Counted from the first letter of the whole stretch, positions 37,981 to 51,440 are shown. The stretch: DNA of 63,455 nt, filler included, from Reticulomyxa filosa (GCA_000512085.1; 11 parts of 11 records of this genome joined end to end with filler, not necessarily neighbours in it); one strand, 5' to 3'. Numbers and translations: made by a program. The notes: generated by a model from the sequence alone, not told the origin.

Positions 37981-40510
37981 TTATTTGGAAAAGATTTTGG
38001 ATATTTTTCCAAAGCGATCACGAAAATGAGTCCTTGATTCGGAGCATTGAGCAAAGAGTAAGCCACCCTTTAATAATAAAGAAGGATGGTTTGATTTATT
38101 CAGATCATAGAAATTGGGCCCGAAATTTTTTTGTTCGTCGTTTGACCAGTCGGTGATCGCATAGAACATAGATTCGGTGTACTTGCTGCTAACGTGTACG
38201 TTTGACTTATCATATCCCAGCAACAAGTCATTATCTTCACTTTGGTATGTATCCTTGTAGACGACAATACGACTTCCCCATTTTGTATTTTTCTCACAAT
38301 AAGAAACAAACTCGCGAATACAGTCTTCAAAGTCTTGTCCCAAGGGGCCTGTTATTACAAGAGGTATCCGTTCATCTGTTTTGTTCGTATCAGCAAATGG
38401 CCGGAACGCTTCCAAAATGCGATTCAATTCAAATAACACTTCAAAAGGCAAATATTTGGGATTTCGCTTATGTACGTTCAGCCATTCATGAGTGGGGATG
38501 CTTCCCACTCTAAGTTCCTTATTATTATCTCTCCTTATTATGGGGACACGCTCGTCAGTAATTGGGTGGAACAATCCAAAGTTAATGTATTTTTCCTTTA
38601 AGTACTCTATACAATGTGTTGTTTTGAGTTCTCACTTAAATTAGAGGTACAATTTTTTAAATTTCTTTTTTGTATTATTGGCATTTATACGTGTGCACAA
38701 ACATAAATAAATAGAAATATGCATTTATATAAATAAATAAATAAAATTTGTTTATGTAATTGTTGTGATTGATTTTGACTTGATAGGACATTTTCGAAAA
38801 AAGTGGCATGGGACAAGTTCGTGAGAATATCTATCTTGGTTGGAGTTTCAGAAGTTTCTGTGCGTACGCAAACGAATTTTAGCGCTTGGACCTCTTCGCT
38901 GTTTTGAATTGGAACAATGGCCAGACAACTCGGGTCACAAGACACAACGATTCCACAGGTCTTCTCAAAACACGTGTTCCATTGCTTTGGACGAATTGCA
39001 TCAATGCAACTCTTGTGGGTCACCGCTCCGTAACATGCCAACACCGCCGCGCTTTCTAAGGCAATGTAAGGAATACATAAGCGATTGCTCAACATTGACA
39101 GAAGAATTAATTTGTCCTCTTCCAAAAACCAGTACGGTGTTGTGATCAACACGGAAAATTCTCTATTTTTTTTTTTTCGCATACAGATATTCATTAAATG
39201 CATGCACATACAACGTATACGACGTATATACATTTACGTATACATACATATACATATATGCGTGTAAACTGTGGAGAATGCCATTGGTTCAAACCAATGG
39301 CAAATATCCACGAGATAATGTTTCGAACAGCAGTCCAATTGCAGGTTTTTGACTTTTCATTGAGCAATGGTATTTTTTCATATGTTTGAAAATATGTCTT
39401 TGAGAGTTCATGACCAACGAGATAGTCGTCCATGCCCGAGGCTAACATCCAATAGTGTCCTCGCACACGTGCCACTACTGCAGGTATTGGCGATTTAGCG
39501 CAGCTCAGAAAATATTGAGAGCTTCTTCTATGTATCCAAATCAAATATACATATATCATTTCTTAAAGAGACATTTCTGTGCACATAAAATAAAAAAAAA
39601 ACAACAAGCAATTGTTAAAAAAAAAAAAAAGGGATATTCTTTTTGTGAACATACAAACACTGATCGGAGTCTCGAAAGATTTGTGGCGCTTTACAAATGA
39701 CATCTTGAGCGCGACGTGTGACAAGCGCTTTGGGTGCCATGCCATATTCCACGTGATGCGTTTGAATGTGGATTGCCACCACTTGAACGTTCTGTTGAAA
39801 TCATTAACAAAGAAAACATATTTTGCTTAACATATGCATATGTACATATATGGAATAACTCGATCAGCAAAAGTTCTAAATTTGAATAATTGATACCATG
39901 GAACAAAAGTCGAGTCCCTTTCAAATTGGGTGAAATCATCGACGGGACTTGTAATGGAGTGATTGTGACTGACATAATTATGCAACGCATTGGCATTGGT
40001 GAACCTTGCACGCTCCACGCTATACATATCGGGCCATTCTCGTTTAAAAAGCTCTTTCCAAATCGGAGATGTCTGTGCCATGCGTTGCCAACTTTTGCAC
40101 ACCGTCATAATATTTTGGACAATACAAGTCCAATCCAAAAACGACCAAATGTGGTGATGAATGTCAAGTGGCAACGCTTTTGTATTTCCATTGTCCAAAT
40201 AAGACGACATTGGCAGCGAATGCAATTCGGCTTGAATTGTCAAAGCGTCCAAATACGCGTCAGTCGATTCCTTTGCTTTGCCTTCCTTCTGAAATCGAAT
40301 GGACGCTTGATACAGCTCCTCGCATTTTTGAAACTGCGTGCTGCCTTTCCATTCCGTTCGCAGGTCGGGCATTATTTCGCGCAATTCCTCTATCCTTTCC
40401 AATGTCCAATTCGGTCTTGCTATGCCCATGTCCACACGTTGAAACATCATATCGGTGCGCATTATATATTTAAACCCTTGCATTATTGGTAGTCCTTCAT
40501 GCCAAACCTG
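37981..40510 (-). CDS. F-box protein with a divergent actin-like C-terminal domain; multi-exon, probably 5'-partial
   Basis: F-box LPLDIHHHIWSFLD..VCKSWQRMAQTSPIWKELF; actin-like segments IPAVVARV, DYLVG, CNWTAVRNIISWIF, SVLITTP, ESAAVLACYG, GIVVSCD..IVPI, LVITG, KGGLLFA. Confidence 0.72.
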
Positions 40511-40536
40511 TTATCAATTTTTACAAAGTATATACA

Positions 40537-40572
<36 letters not shown>

Positions 40573-40672
40573 NNNNNNNNNNNNNNNNNNNNNNNNNNNN
40601 NNNNNNNNNNNNNNNNTTAATTAATTAANNNNNNNNNNNNNNNNNNNNNNNNNNNNNNNNNNNNNNNNNNNN
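40573..40672. other. Artificial contig spacer
   Basis: N44-TTAATTAATTAA-N44. Confidence 0.98.
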
Positions 40673-40882
40673 TTTGTGGCCCTTCATTATTATTTTCAGA
40701 GTCATTATTATATTTGTTTGGAGTTGTATTATCAGTATCCATTTTATTACATTTCGTAGAACGATTTTTAGAGTCATTTTCAGTTCCTTCTTCTTCTCCT
40801 GGAAAAAATTGTTCATCCTCATACATCATTGAACTTTTATTTAAATTATTTGTTTTTGTTGATAACAATACCATATTCAACA

Positions 40883-42412
40883 AATAAAGAGCCATTGAAT
40901 CCTTATTCAATGACTTTGAAACAAGGACTTCAACATCTTCAAGATCAATTAAAAATAAGACAACAATCTATTAATGGAGAAGATAAATTAATAATGTTTA
41001 AATGTAATTTTGATGAATGTAAGCCACAAATTCAATCAAATATGAATAAAAATGTATTATTAAATGACATTTACAAACATCTTCCTTATTATCCAAATAT
41101 ACAAATCCATTGGAAAATAGATTTTATGTTCATGGTGTCATACAAACATACTATTAGTACTCAAAGAGCAGAAATACCAAAAAGTAATTCAAATGAAGAT
41201 GCTATTATTCCACCAAACCAAAAATCTACATTCAATCCACTATTATATAAATGTGATATTCACCAACTTAAAATATTTCTTAATAAAACATGTTTGACTA
41301 AAGAAAAAAGTGATAACAATTTGAAATTGCTTTTGCATGAAGTAATAAAGAATAATTGTTTGTGTGATTTAATTCCTAAAGAGATACTATCAACAGAAAA
41401 AAGGTAATCGAACAACAAATTGGTTATAATAAAGAAAATGAAGATAAATTAATATTAAATGATAAAATATTAACAATATTAAAATGAATTGAAGATATTA
41501 TATCATGATGGTATTCATAAAAAAATGGGATATCCACTTGAGTTACATCATATTTGTGCAGTTTTATTGTATTGTGGTAAATCATGTAATGTTCAATTCA
41601 GTTCTGATCAAATCCAATTCAGATATCATAAGTGGCCTTTTTTGGATTCGTATTTGCAAAATGCTATTACAATTTTACACAGATATGAAAGAAGAGAAGA
41701 AGAGAGTATAGAATTATATTGTGGATTGAAAAATGTGAGATTGAAGAATATTAACGAAATAAAAGAAGGATTTTTTGTAAGTCATGTAAGTACTTCTGAT
41801 GATATTCAAGTTGCACAAATGTATAGAAGTCATCAAGGATGTATTTTACATTTTCATCCTTCTATGAGAAGAACATTTGGAATTGATAGTTGTGATGTAT
41901 CATGGATATCTCCATTCAAACATGAAAGAGAAATTTTGTTTTCTAGATCACAAGCAGCTCAATTTTATGAAATAGAACGTAAAGAATTTACGGCATGGAA
42001 TGCAAAAATAGAGAAGGAAGACGAAAATACACAAATGATATTATTAACATGGCCACAATATGACAAATTCCTTGAACAAACTAAGCAAATAATAAGATGG
42101 GATTATTCCATTGACTTAAATATCATTTATTGGGCTTTATTGTACTCTCATGGAGACATAAATCCAACAATAAAGTGGTTATCTTTATTTCAAGAATGGA
42201 GAAATCAACCAAGTAATAAAATAAAATATGAAAGAAGAAAGAATCAATTTATAAAAAGACGTTGTTGCAATCATGATTTTAATCTTTTTTCTGTTTTTCT
42301 TTCAGAATTTGGAATTCAAAGATGTTGCGTTGAATTTGCAACAATTGCTACTGTCATACAAGGCTTGCCATTTGTTGATAAAGATAAAGAGATGGTAAAT
42401 AAAAAACAATAA
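40883..42412 (+). CDS. ART-family protein copy 3: UBL-like + ADP-ribosyltransferase-fold + UBA/CUE-like; 5'-truncated, with frameshifts near 41400 and 41485 (pseudogene or homopolymer errors)
   Basis: LYCG (41714-41725), STS (41789-41797) and ERE (41924-41932) in ARTC-like R-S-E order and spacing; strong similarity to copies 1 and 2. Confidence 0.75.
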
Positions 42413-42900
42413 ATGAAATTAGAATATTTGTCAAATATAAATTTCCTTTCTCCACTGAAAAAAAATTACTGTTTTATTTTAAAGTTTTTTGCAATTTGTA
42501 AATTTATCTCTGCTTTTGTCTTGAAGCTACAAATTGTATATCCACTACCATCAATATTATCATTATACTTTGCAATGGTGAAATATCAACACCATTTTCA
42601 TCTTAACATATATCAATTAAGCCATTTTTGGATTAAAGTTAAATTACAAAAAAACAAAATAAATTAAATACGCATAACTTCTTTCCCTTTCCAAAATATG
42701 ACGACATGCAAAGAGTATTGAAGATTTGAAATGTACATTCCATTTATACACTGATAATGATGATATAAGATAATGTCAAAACTCATTTCAAGAAAAGTAA
42801 TTCATAACAAATCGTATTGACATAACATAAAATATTGCAATGATAGTAATAAAATAGAAATTAATAACCCCTTTTTAAAGAAAAAGTTAATATTAACAAC

Positions 42901-44157
42901 ATGAGTAATCAAACTACAACGCAAGAACCTACTGAAAGAGGAACTAAACAAAGTCAGCATCTTCATACAACCTTTCAAACATTGAAAGAATTACCCACCC
43001 CATTTTATCAGGCCCAATGTGTGCCACACAAACACGAACTCCTCATTTGTGGAGGTGTATATAAAAGAGCTTGTTATTCTTATCATACACTCAAAAACGA
43101 ATACAAGTTTATCTGTGAGTATCCAAATCATGTTAAATTACAAGGACATTGTACAGTGAAATTAGTAAATAACAACAAACACAGTAATCAAATCACTTTG
43201 TTGTCTTTTGGTGGAAAATGTAAACATACATTGATGATGAAATATGTAAGTGTTTGGAGTAATATATCAGATAAATTAAACAAATCAAATGAATTGAACA
43301 ATTATAATCAATGGATTCCTTTCACAGACAATCATAATCGTCCGATTATCATTGGAAGAATTGAAGATAATTATTATGGAGTGCGTGCAGTGATTGGTGG
43401 AAGTAACAATCATTTATTATTTATCACTTATCTTAAAAATAATATTAGTGTATTTGATTTAAATATATTTCAATTTATTAAACATGATACGTTACCAACA
43501 AGTAATTTTATTAATTATCATTGCTTTGTATTAAGATCAGAAAATGAACAAGAACAAGAACAAGAACAAGAAATGATAAAAACAAATAAACAAAATTATC
43601 AAATGCTATTATTTAAATATGATACAGGATTATCAATTGAATATGATGAAGATAAAAGCATTTTTAAATTTCATCCATTATCTGTTTGTTATGATATTGC
43701 AGCAGCCAATCAATATGCATATGCGTGTATCAATGATATTATATTGTTCTTTGGTGGACGGCTTGGTATTTTTACTTACAAATCAGTACACAAGTATTTA
43801 ATTCGAGAAAACAAATGGATAACATTTGAAAACACTTTACACAGTCCATTATGTGATTGTGTTGCAGTATTGAGTGAAGAAGATCATATACATATCATTG
43901 GAGGAATAGATGATAAACATATAACAGTATCAACTCACATGAAGACAAAAGTGCGTGAATGGGATCCTTCACATTTGGTAATGATTTATTTATTTTGAAA
44001 CTGATTGACAAATAATAGATAATAAATAATAAATAATAAACAGTCAAAGAATGAAATAAAATGTATTATTGAATATTGGATTCAAATTTCAGAAATAAAA
44101 TTTGGATGGATTGATGATCTTGATAAAATTATTATGAAATACAGTAGAAATAAATAA
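42901..44157 (+). CDS. Kelch-repeat beta-propeller protein with a C-terminal helical motif (2 exons)
   Basis: Repeated GG motifs (LICGG, LSFGG, VIGGSNN, LFFGG, HIIGG) with Y..W. Last exon 44044-44157 SKNEIKCIIEYW..FGWIDDLDKIIMKY. Confidence 0.88.
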
Positions 44158-45139
44158 ATTTTTATACACAATTAAATATCTATAAATCAAATGTAACTTT
44201 GATTTTTTTTTTTATTTCGTTTGTGTTTGTATCATAACTGAAATTTATCAATTTTTTTGTTAAATTGAAAGATTAATTGAAAATATAACTCCTTGCACAC
44301 ATCAAAGTATGTAAAACGCGTAAAAGAAATGTGTAATTTGCTCGATATGCTTGTCGTTTTTGTAAAACAAGTGAAGTTTAAATATTTCAAAACAACTTAT
44401 CAATGTTTAAAATCTCTTGGAGTGACATGACTTTAAAAAAATAAAGATTATGATTTTTAATTAAAAAATTGCAATATTGATTATATTATACAATGGTATG
44501 AGATTATTTTTGGTTGATATTTGATAAAAACTCACAATGGTGACAAAAAATGATTTATCTTCTTTTTTTTGTACTGAAGTTGCAATAATGCCAAATTAAA
44601 AAATTTTTCACACTCCTTTCAACGAGTATTGTATTTGTACTTTCAAATTTTATATTAATTAAATAAAAAATATTTCATAATAAAATGTAATTGTTGATTT
44701 ACTAAATGTCTTGATTTACTTGAAATAATTCATTATTCTTTTCTGTGATTGAAGATTTAGGAGACAATGAAAATGATTCAAGTATTTTATCTTAAATTCC
44801 TACAATTAAAAAATAAAGGAAAGGAAAATCAAATAAATAAATTTTTATCATTAGTAAATTACATAATTAAATTGTTCTATTGCATTTTATAACATAAATA
44901 AACTATGGTTACTTTTTGTAATTGTTAAACTGCAATTGAACTTTTTGTTGGAAACAATCAAACAAGAACAAATATTTTTATCGATTTTGAGTGTGTTTTA
45001 GAAATATTAAATTTTTGTTTACAACAAAAAAAATTAATTGCTCGTTCAGTTCAACGAGACTTCCAAAAAAAAAAAACAACTTCATAATCAATTCATCTAC
45101 ATAGAAAAAGCAAGTACAAAAAAAAAGAAACTGAGTAAG

Positions 45140-48100
45140 ATGGAAGAGAAAACAAGCAAAGAGAATGATCTGAAGTCAATTCTTCAACAACAGTCTTGCT
45201 TTGACAAAAATTGGATTTTACAACTGAATCAAAATGAAAAGATAAACGACTTTATTTGTTTAATTTGTAAACAAGTTGCTAACAACCCAATAGAAATCAA
45301 TTGTCCTCAGCACAAGAATATGGATGAATCATTGATAGTCGGAGATAGTTGCTTAAGACAATTTCTTAGTCAGAATTCAAATTCTTGTCCAATCGAACTT
45401 CATAACAACTGCTCATATTTACAAAATGAATTAGTAAAACAATACATTGGAGAATTGGATGTGATATGTCCACGACAATTCGAACAAGGGCAAAAACCTG
45501 AACTTATGAATTGTGATTTTAAAGGAAAGATTAAACAGGTAGATGATCATTTGGAAAATTCTTGTTGTTTACAAGTGGTTAAGTGTTGGTTTGAACCATT
45601 TGGATGCAATCATACATGTCCAAGATCTATGATACAAGATCATTTGATTTCGAATATGCGATTACATTTTGTGTTGGTTGTCAAATCTTTTGAGACATTA
45701 AAACAAACTATTCAACAATATCAGGTATCATTTTATTTTATTTATTTTATTTTGAAAAAGATGTTAATAAAATAATATCCATTTTGAAAAAATGCAAATA
45801 GGACGAAATAAAGGAATTAAAAAGAAAAAAAGATGAAGATATTTCACTTTTAAAACAACAATTGGCACAATATCAGGTTTGTTTGTGTCTTTATGTTGCT
45901 TTCAAGATACAATATATCAACAGCAAGAAAATAATGCTTAAAACAGAACACAACACTTGAAATGAAAAAATTGGGAAAACATATTGAATTAAAAATGGAC
46001 CAAACTGATTTGAAGGAAGAAGAAAATTATGTGGAAGAAGGTGAGGAAGATGAAAGAGTGGAAGAAAGTGGCGAAGAAGATAGTGATGAGGAAGAAGATA
46101 GTAATAAGGAAAAAGATAGTGTTGAGGAAAAAATTTCAAGTAATCGAATTTTTATTATTATCGGTTTGCCTATCTTACTCGAAAATACCAGATGTATAGC
46201 ATACAAAAATGAAATAATCATGTTTGGGGGTTCCAATACTCGAAAATGTTATTCCTATCATACGATAAAAGGAAAATTGAAGTTTATATGTAAGTGTTCA
46301 TTTGACATAAATACATATTGCGTAGTGAAACGTATTGATAGTGACACAAATGGAATAACTTTACTGTCCTTTGGTGAAAAGGGAGAACATATATTGATGA
46401 TGAAATATGTAAGTGTCTGGAAAAATAGAAGTAAACGATTAGCAACAACTTACAATAAATGGAAAGCTTTAATGGATAATCACAATAATAAAATTATCAT
46501 TGAAAGATCTAACGTACAGGTAGTGATTGGTGGGAGCAATAATCATTTATTATTTATCAATTCTTATACGAATATTAGTGTATTTGATTTAAATACATGT
46601 CAATATATTAAATGTAATACTTTACCCTGTGATTATATAGATCGTCCGTACTTTATATCCATAGCAGAAAATAAAATGATGTTCTTTTGTAATAAACAGG
46701 GATTATCTATTGAATATAATGAAAAGAATAACACATTTCATTATCAAATATTAAGTATATGCGATAATATCGATCTTATTGAGTATACACATATTTATGT
46801 TAACGACCACATTTTATTTTTTAAAAGCGATGTAGAAAACTAATAAAATATACAAATATTCGATAATTGACAATCAATGGGAAATGTCTAGACATGGTGC
46901 ACTGAGAAATTTAACTAGTGTATTGAGCAAAGATAACAAGTTTATATACCATTTTGGGATATATAACAGCACATGGGATCCTCAGAATAAAGATACATTC
47001 GGATATATAAAAATAAATACAAATGAATTATTGGAAGATAAAGAAAACTGGATTATGAAAAATCCAAAAAAAAGGATTATTGAAGATAAAGAAGTGGTAC
47101 AAACTGCAGAAATGTACAATGAATTAGAAGATATGAAAGGAAGAGATATTAATATTTCAAAATTTAAAGTTAATATATTGATATTTTATTTTATCAAAAA
47201 AAAAATATTTAAAATGATATATAAAAAATAAAAGAAAAAAAAAGAAATTGAAATGATAATTAAACATTGGCTTAATTTATTATTAATCAATAAAATTGGA
47301 TGGATTGAAGATTTTAATATAATTATTTTACGATATATTTTGGTATATATATTTATATATATATTATTGTGTATTTTTTTTTTATAATTTTTATATTCAC
47401 ACACATAAAATAAATAGCATAAATATTTCAAACCATGGAGAGTATTTGAAGTGTGCTCTGATCAAATAAATAATATAAGATTTTCACCTGATGGTACAAA
47501 AATTGTATTATCTTCAAATGATAATACTATCCAAATATGGAACATTGAATCTGAAATCCATGATATCAAAAACATAAAAGGACATTCAGATTGTGTGAAC
47601 GATGCACAATTCTCACATGATGGAACTATGATTGTGTCATGTTCAAATGATAAAACAATTCGTTTGTGGGATGTAAATTCATACAATGAGATAAAAAAAT
47701 TTGGAGAATATTCAGATAATATAATAACAAATGTAGAATTTTCGTCAGATAGAAAGATGATAGTAGCATTTAATGATAAAACACTGGAAATTTGGGATAT
47801 ACAATCTAGAAAACTGATTAAAGCATTATTTTATGATGATTGTATTGTGGACGTAAAAATGTTATCCAATGATCAAAAAATCTTTGTAGCAACAAAACGC
47901 AATATTGAAGTTTTTGATATAATATCCAGTGAAGCACAAACAATATGTAATGAATGGTGTGAAACTGCACAATTTTCTCCTAACGGTTTAAATATTGTAC
48001 GCTATTCAAATAATACGATTGAATTGGTAGACTTAATGTCAGAGACCAAAGTGAAAGAACAGACATCTTCTAAACCAACAAAATTAAAATATTTTCCATC

Positions 48101-48287
48101 TGAACAAACAATATTGATGTGTTGTGAAGATAATATCATTCGCTTGTGGGACATACAATTAAGAATGAGAATACAAGAACTAGAAGGACATTCAGAGAAA
48201 ATAAAAGGATGTGACATTTCATCTGATGGAAATACTATTATATCATTATCTAACGATAATACAATTCGATTGTGGAAAGTACTATAA
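45140..48287 (+). CDS. RING-like/TRAF zinc finger + coiled coil + acidic tract + kelch propeller + WD40 propeller; multi-exon, frame breaks near 45960 and 46845
   Basis: CLICKQV..CPQH..CP; TRAF-type CDFKG..HLENSC and [14 protein letters not shown]; kelch segments paralogous to 42901-44157; WD40 [20 protein letters not shown]. Confidence 0.8.
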
Positions 48288-49329
48288 GCAAAATTTAAAG
48301 ATTATGTGAAAACATATATTCATTATAATTTAAAAAACTTATGAAATGAATAAACTTGAGACAAACTTTTTCTTCGAGTTGAAACAAAATTTATCAATAA
48401 TGGTAGTGATTTCTTCTTATTGCCAAAGACATAATGAATAAACATGTTTGAAAAGATTCATTGTATAGAGTTGTTTTCACTTTTGAAAATTGGAAAAAAA
48501 ACATATTCTAAATACTGAAATCATGTGATACGTAGATAAAACATTTATTGTTTAAGATAAGACTTTATTTGTAAATTTCACGCAAAAAACGAATACAACA
48601 TATTTTTTTTATCCGAATAAATTTTTTTTTACTTAGTTGCTTCGTACAAAAAGGGGAAAACTTTAGGAAGTTCCAGTTCAAAGTTCAATTGCAGAAAAGG
48701 ATAAAAAGTAAAAAAACTTGCCAATACAACATTTGAATAATTTTTGCTTCTTAAGAATGCGAGATTGCTTCATCATTTAAGAACTGAAAAAAAAAGAGAC
48801 AAGCTGAATAATTTTTTAGAAATGCACGTTCAAGATTGTCTCATGTGCAAATGACAACAATAGTTGTGTTAATTTATGTTGTTCTATTTTATCGAATACC
48901 TTGTAGAGTGGATAATAAAGTTATATCGAATTGATAATAAGTGCAAGATGATCGTTTTTTTTGAAGCATAGCTTCAAGAAAATTTCAATAAAAATATACA
49001 AAAAGAAATAAAAGAATAAATAAAAGGTAAAACTGTTAGAATTAAAACTATCATCAAAATTAATATCAACAATCAAAATGCAGTTTGTAAATGATTTGAA
49101 ACTTTCAAAATACTTCACACTTGGAAGATGTTTTTGAAATCATAAAGTCAATTCTTTCTATCAACAAATTGATTTTTTTTAAATAGAGTGATTTGTATCA
49201 CAAATAAAAAGGATTTTACATTTAAACAGAAAATTACTGTATCCGAAATTTTAATGGTTTTTTGTGACATTTAAATAAAGTTTTTTACTGCCGAAAACGA
49301 AGTAGTATAGTACAAGTTCGGTAAAAAAT

Positions 49330-49485
49330 GCACTCAGGTACTGCCTGCTTAGACACTATACTAGTCATATTGTTTCTGCAGTCTAGGATAAGTATGGTGG
49401 TCAGCATGCGCACCGATTAGGCGGGCTGTCTTGAGTGTTCGGTTGCTCATGAATGATCCAGCCCAGTGGTCATCATGAGCTAACC
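49330..49485 (+). ncRNA. Candidate structured RNA (unassigned), truncated by the contig end
   Basis: Three stems whose mismatches are mostly G-U compatible on the + strand: 49330-49352 with 49417-49438, 49352-49366 with 49387-49402, and the hairpin 49441-49485. GC-richer than the flanks. Confidence 0.4.
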
Positions 49486-49585
49486 NNNNNNNNNNNNNNN
49501 NNNNNNNNNNNNNNNNNNNNNNNNNNNNNTTAATTAATTAANNNNNNNNNNNNNNNNNNNNNNNNNNNNNNNNNNNNNNNNNNNN
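49486..49585. other. Artificial contig spacer
   Basis: N44-TTAATTAATTAA-N44. Confidence 0.98.
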
Positions 49586-49654
49586 AAAAAAAAAAAAAAA
49601 AAAAAAAAAAATAATAATAATAAATAAAATAAAAATGGCTTGCTTTTTGTAATA

Positions 49655-51260
49655 CCTTAATTTATCAACTCCTTGCACAACTAATTTAATATGTGACTTG
49701 TGACTAATGCCAAAGACATTTTCCAAAGACCATTGTGTGATGTTGAGAATGTCTTTTCCGGTCACCTTAGTCTCTCGGAATGACCGCATGAGCTTGTCAT
49801 TGGCCTTCATTGTTTCCAACCATTGCAAGCAATCACTGTTATCCCATTCCAACACGGGTTTGTTTGGACCCTTTGGCACTACAACCGCTATACGTATACA
49901 TAGATAAGGATTGTGCAATAAAAGAGAAATTTAATATCTCAAAAAAAAAAAAAAAAAAACGAACCTCCTCTGGTTTTTCGAACGTCAAACAAATGTTGTG
50001 GCAACAAATGATAGCAAGGCTCAGTGGGCGGACTTTTTCGTTCTTTGTACCAAATGTGTTCGATCAATGTGAGTACTTCCAACCGATCCAAGGTGTCGTC
50101 ATTTGAATTGGGGTTTGTTTTGCTACTGCTTCGTTTGTTTTTCTTGTCTTTATCCTTGTCCTTGTCTTTTTCTTTTTCTTTCTCTCGCTCTTTCTCTTTG
50201 AGTTTGTCGTCCTTTTCTTTCAGCACTTGTTTCAAGCTGTCGTAGTCATAGCCACTTTGAATCCAACTCACCAAAGTGAGTATTTTGATGATTTGTGGCA
50301 TTTGCATTTTGACCTGTTCGCGCAAATAGGACTCACTTAAATTCATAAAATGCTCCCCATTGAGTTGCAAATGCATCAAAGGTACAATGATATCCTTCAA
50401 ATCCATTTCGAGCTGTTTTCCTTGCAGAGTGAGTAAAAACGCATACACATCAGCTGCCGTTAGTCGGAGAAATCGACTGGTCACCGTGCCTCCATCTTGA
50501 GTTGTTCTTGTTATCATCCATATACATACATATGCATACATATGCATACATATACATGTATGTATATATTATAATTGATCAATAAATAAAACATATCAAT
50601 GTAAAATATATGAATAAATTAAAAAAGTGAAAAACTGTTCATGAATTTGTTGGATTTGTTCGATAGTGCGACGACTGTCCATAGTATCCTTAAATTCTCT
50701 GGCGATGCAATGGATTGATCATGTTCAACTCGGTTTGCAATCTCTCTTCGGACATTTGTTGTAACATGGCCCCTGTCAGTTTTTTCTCTTTGCAAATATC
50801 AATGTACAAATGCCAAATTTTGCACATCGCGACGACAGGTATGTGATTATGTCGTTCGTTGTCCATTCACTTAACCGACTGATATCTACTTGTCCGTCTT
50901 CCGCGGTGTCTGCATTCATGTCTCTATTCACTCCGTCATTCTCGTTGTTCTCTCTCATATTCGAATTTGTATTTGTATTCATATGTATCGTCGTGCTTGC
51001 ATTGCTACTCAAAATCGCGTGCTTTTCTGCCATCTCCACACCTCTTTCCCCGTTTCGTCCTGTATCCTTTATTCTCGCGTCTGCTGTTGTCATGATACAA
51101 TACAATACATTTCTTTTCCACTCTTTCATCCAACACTGGTCTCCAAACATTACAAACACACACACACACCTAAAACAGTCCCTTCTTCCAATTCTTCTTC
51201 TGCCTCTTGTCCGGAGGGTACATTCGTTTCAGTTTGCCTTTGTCTTTCAGTGTAGTGACC
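49655..51260 (-). CDS. Internal exons of a multi-SAM-domain protein (partial at both ends)
   Basis: SAM-like segments LSEWTTNDIITYL; LTAADVYAFL..LNGEHFMNL; LEWDNSDCLQWL..VTGKDILNITQWSLENVFGI. Confidence 0.7.
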
Positions 51261-51440
51261 TTTTTTTTTTTTTTTTTTTTTTTTTTGTTATTGTTAATGT
51301 CCAATTTTGATTGCGGTTGCTCATCACTTGCAAAACAACAATCACACTATTTCACCCACCAAAAATTGATATATACATGCTTCAACGTATAACTGTATAT
51401 ACGCCTTCAACTTCTTTTTGTTTCTTCAAAAAAAAAAAAA

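Noticed and set aside
49395-49480. Minus-strand ATGATGA..CTGA as a C/D box snoRNA
   Set aside because: No terminal stem adjoins the boxes, and the G-U pairing pattern favours the + strand structure.
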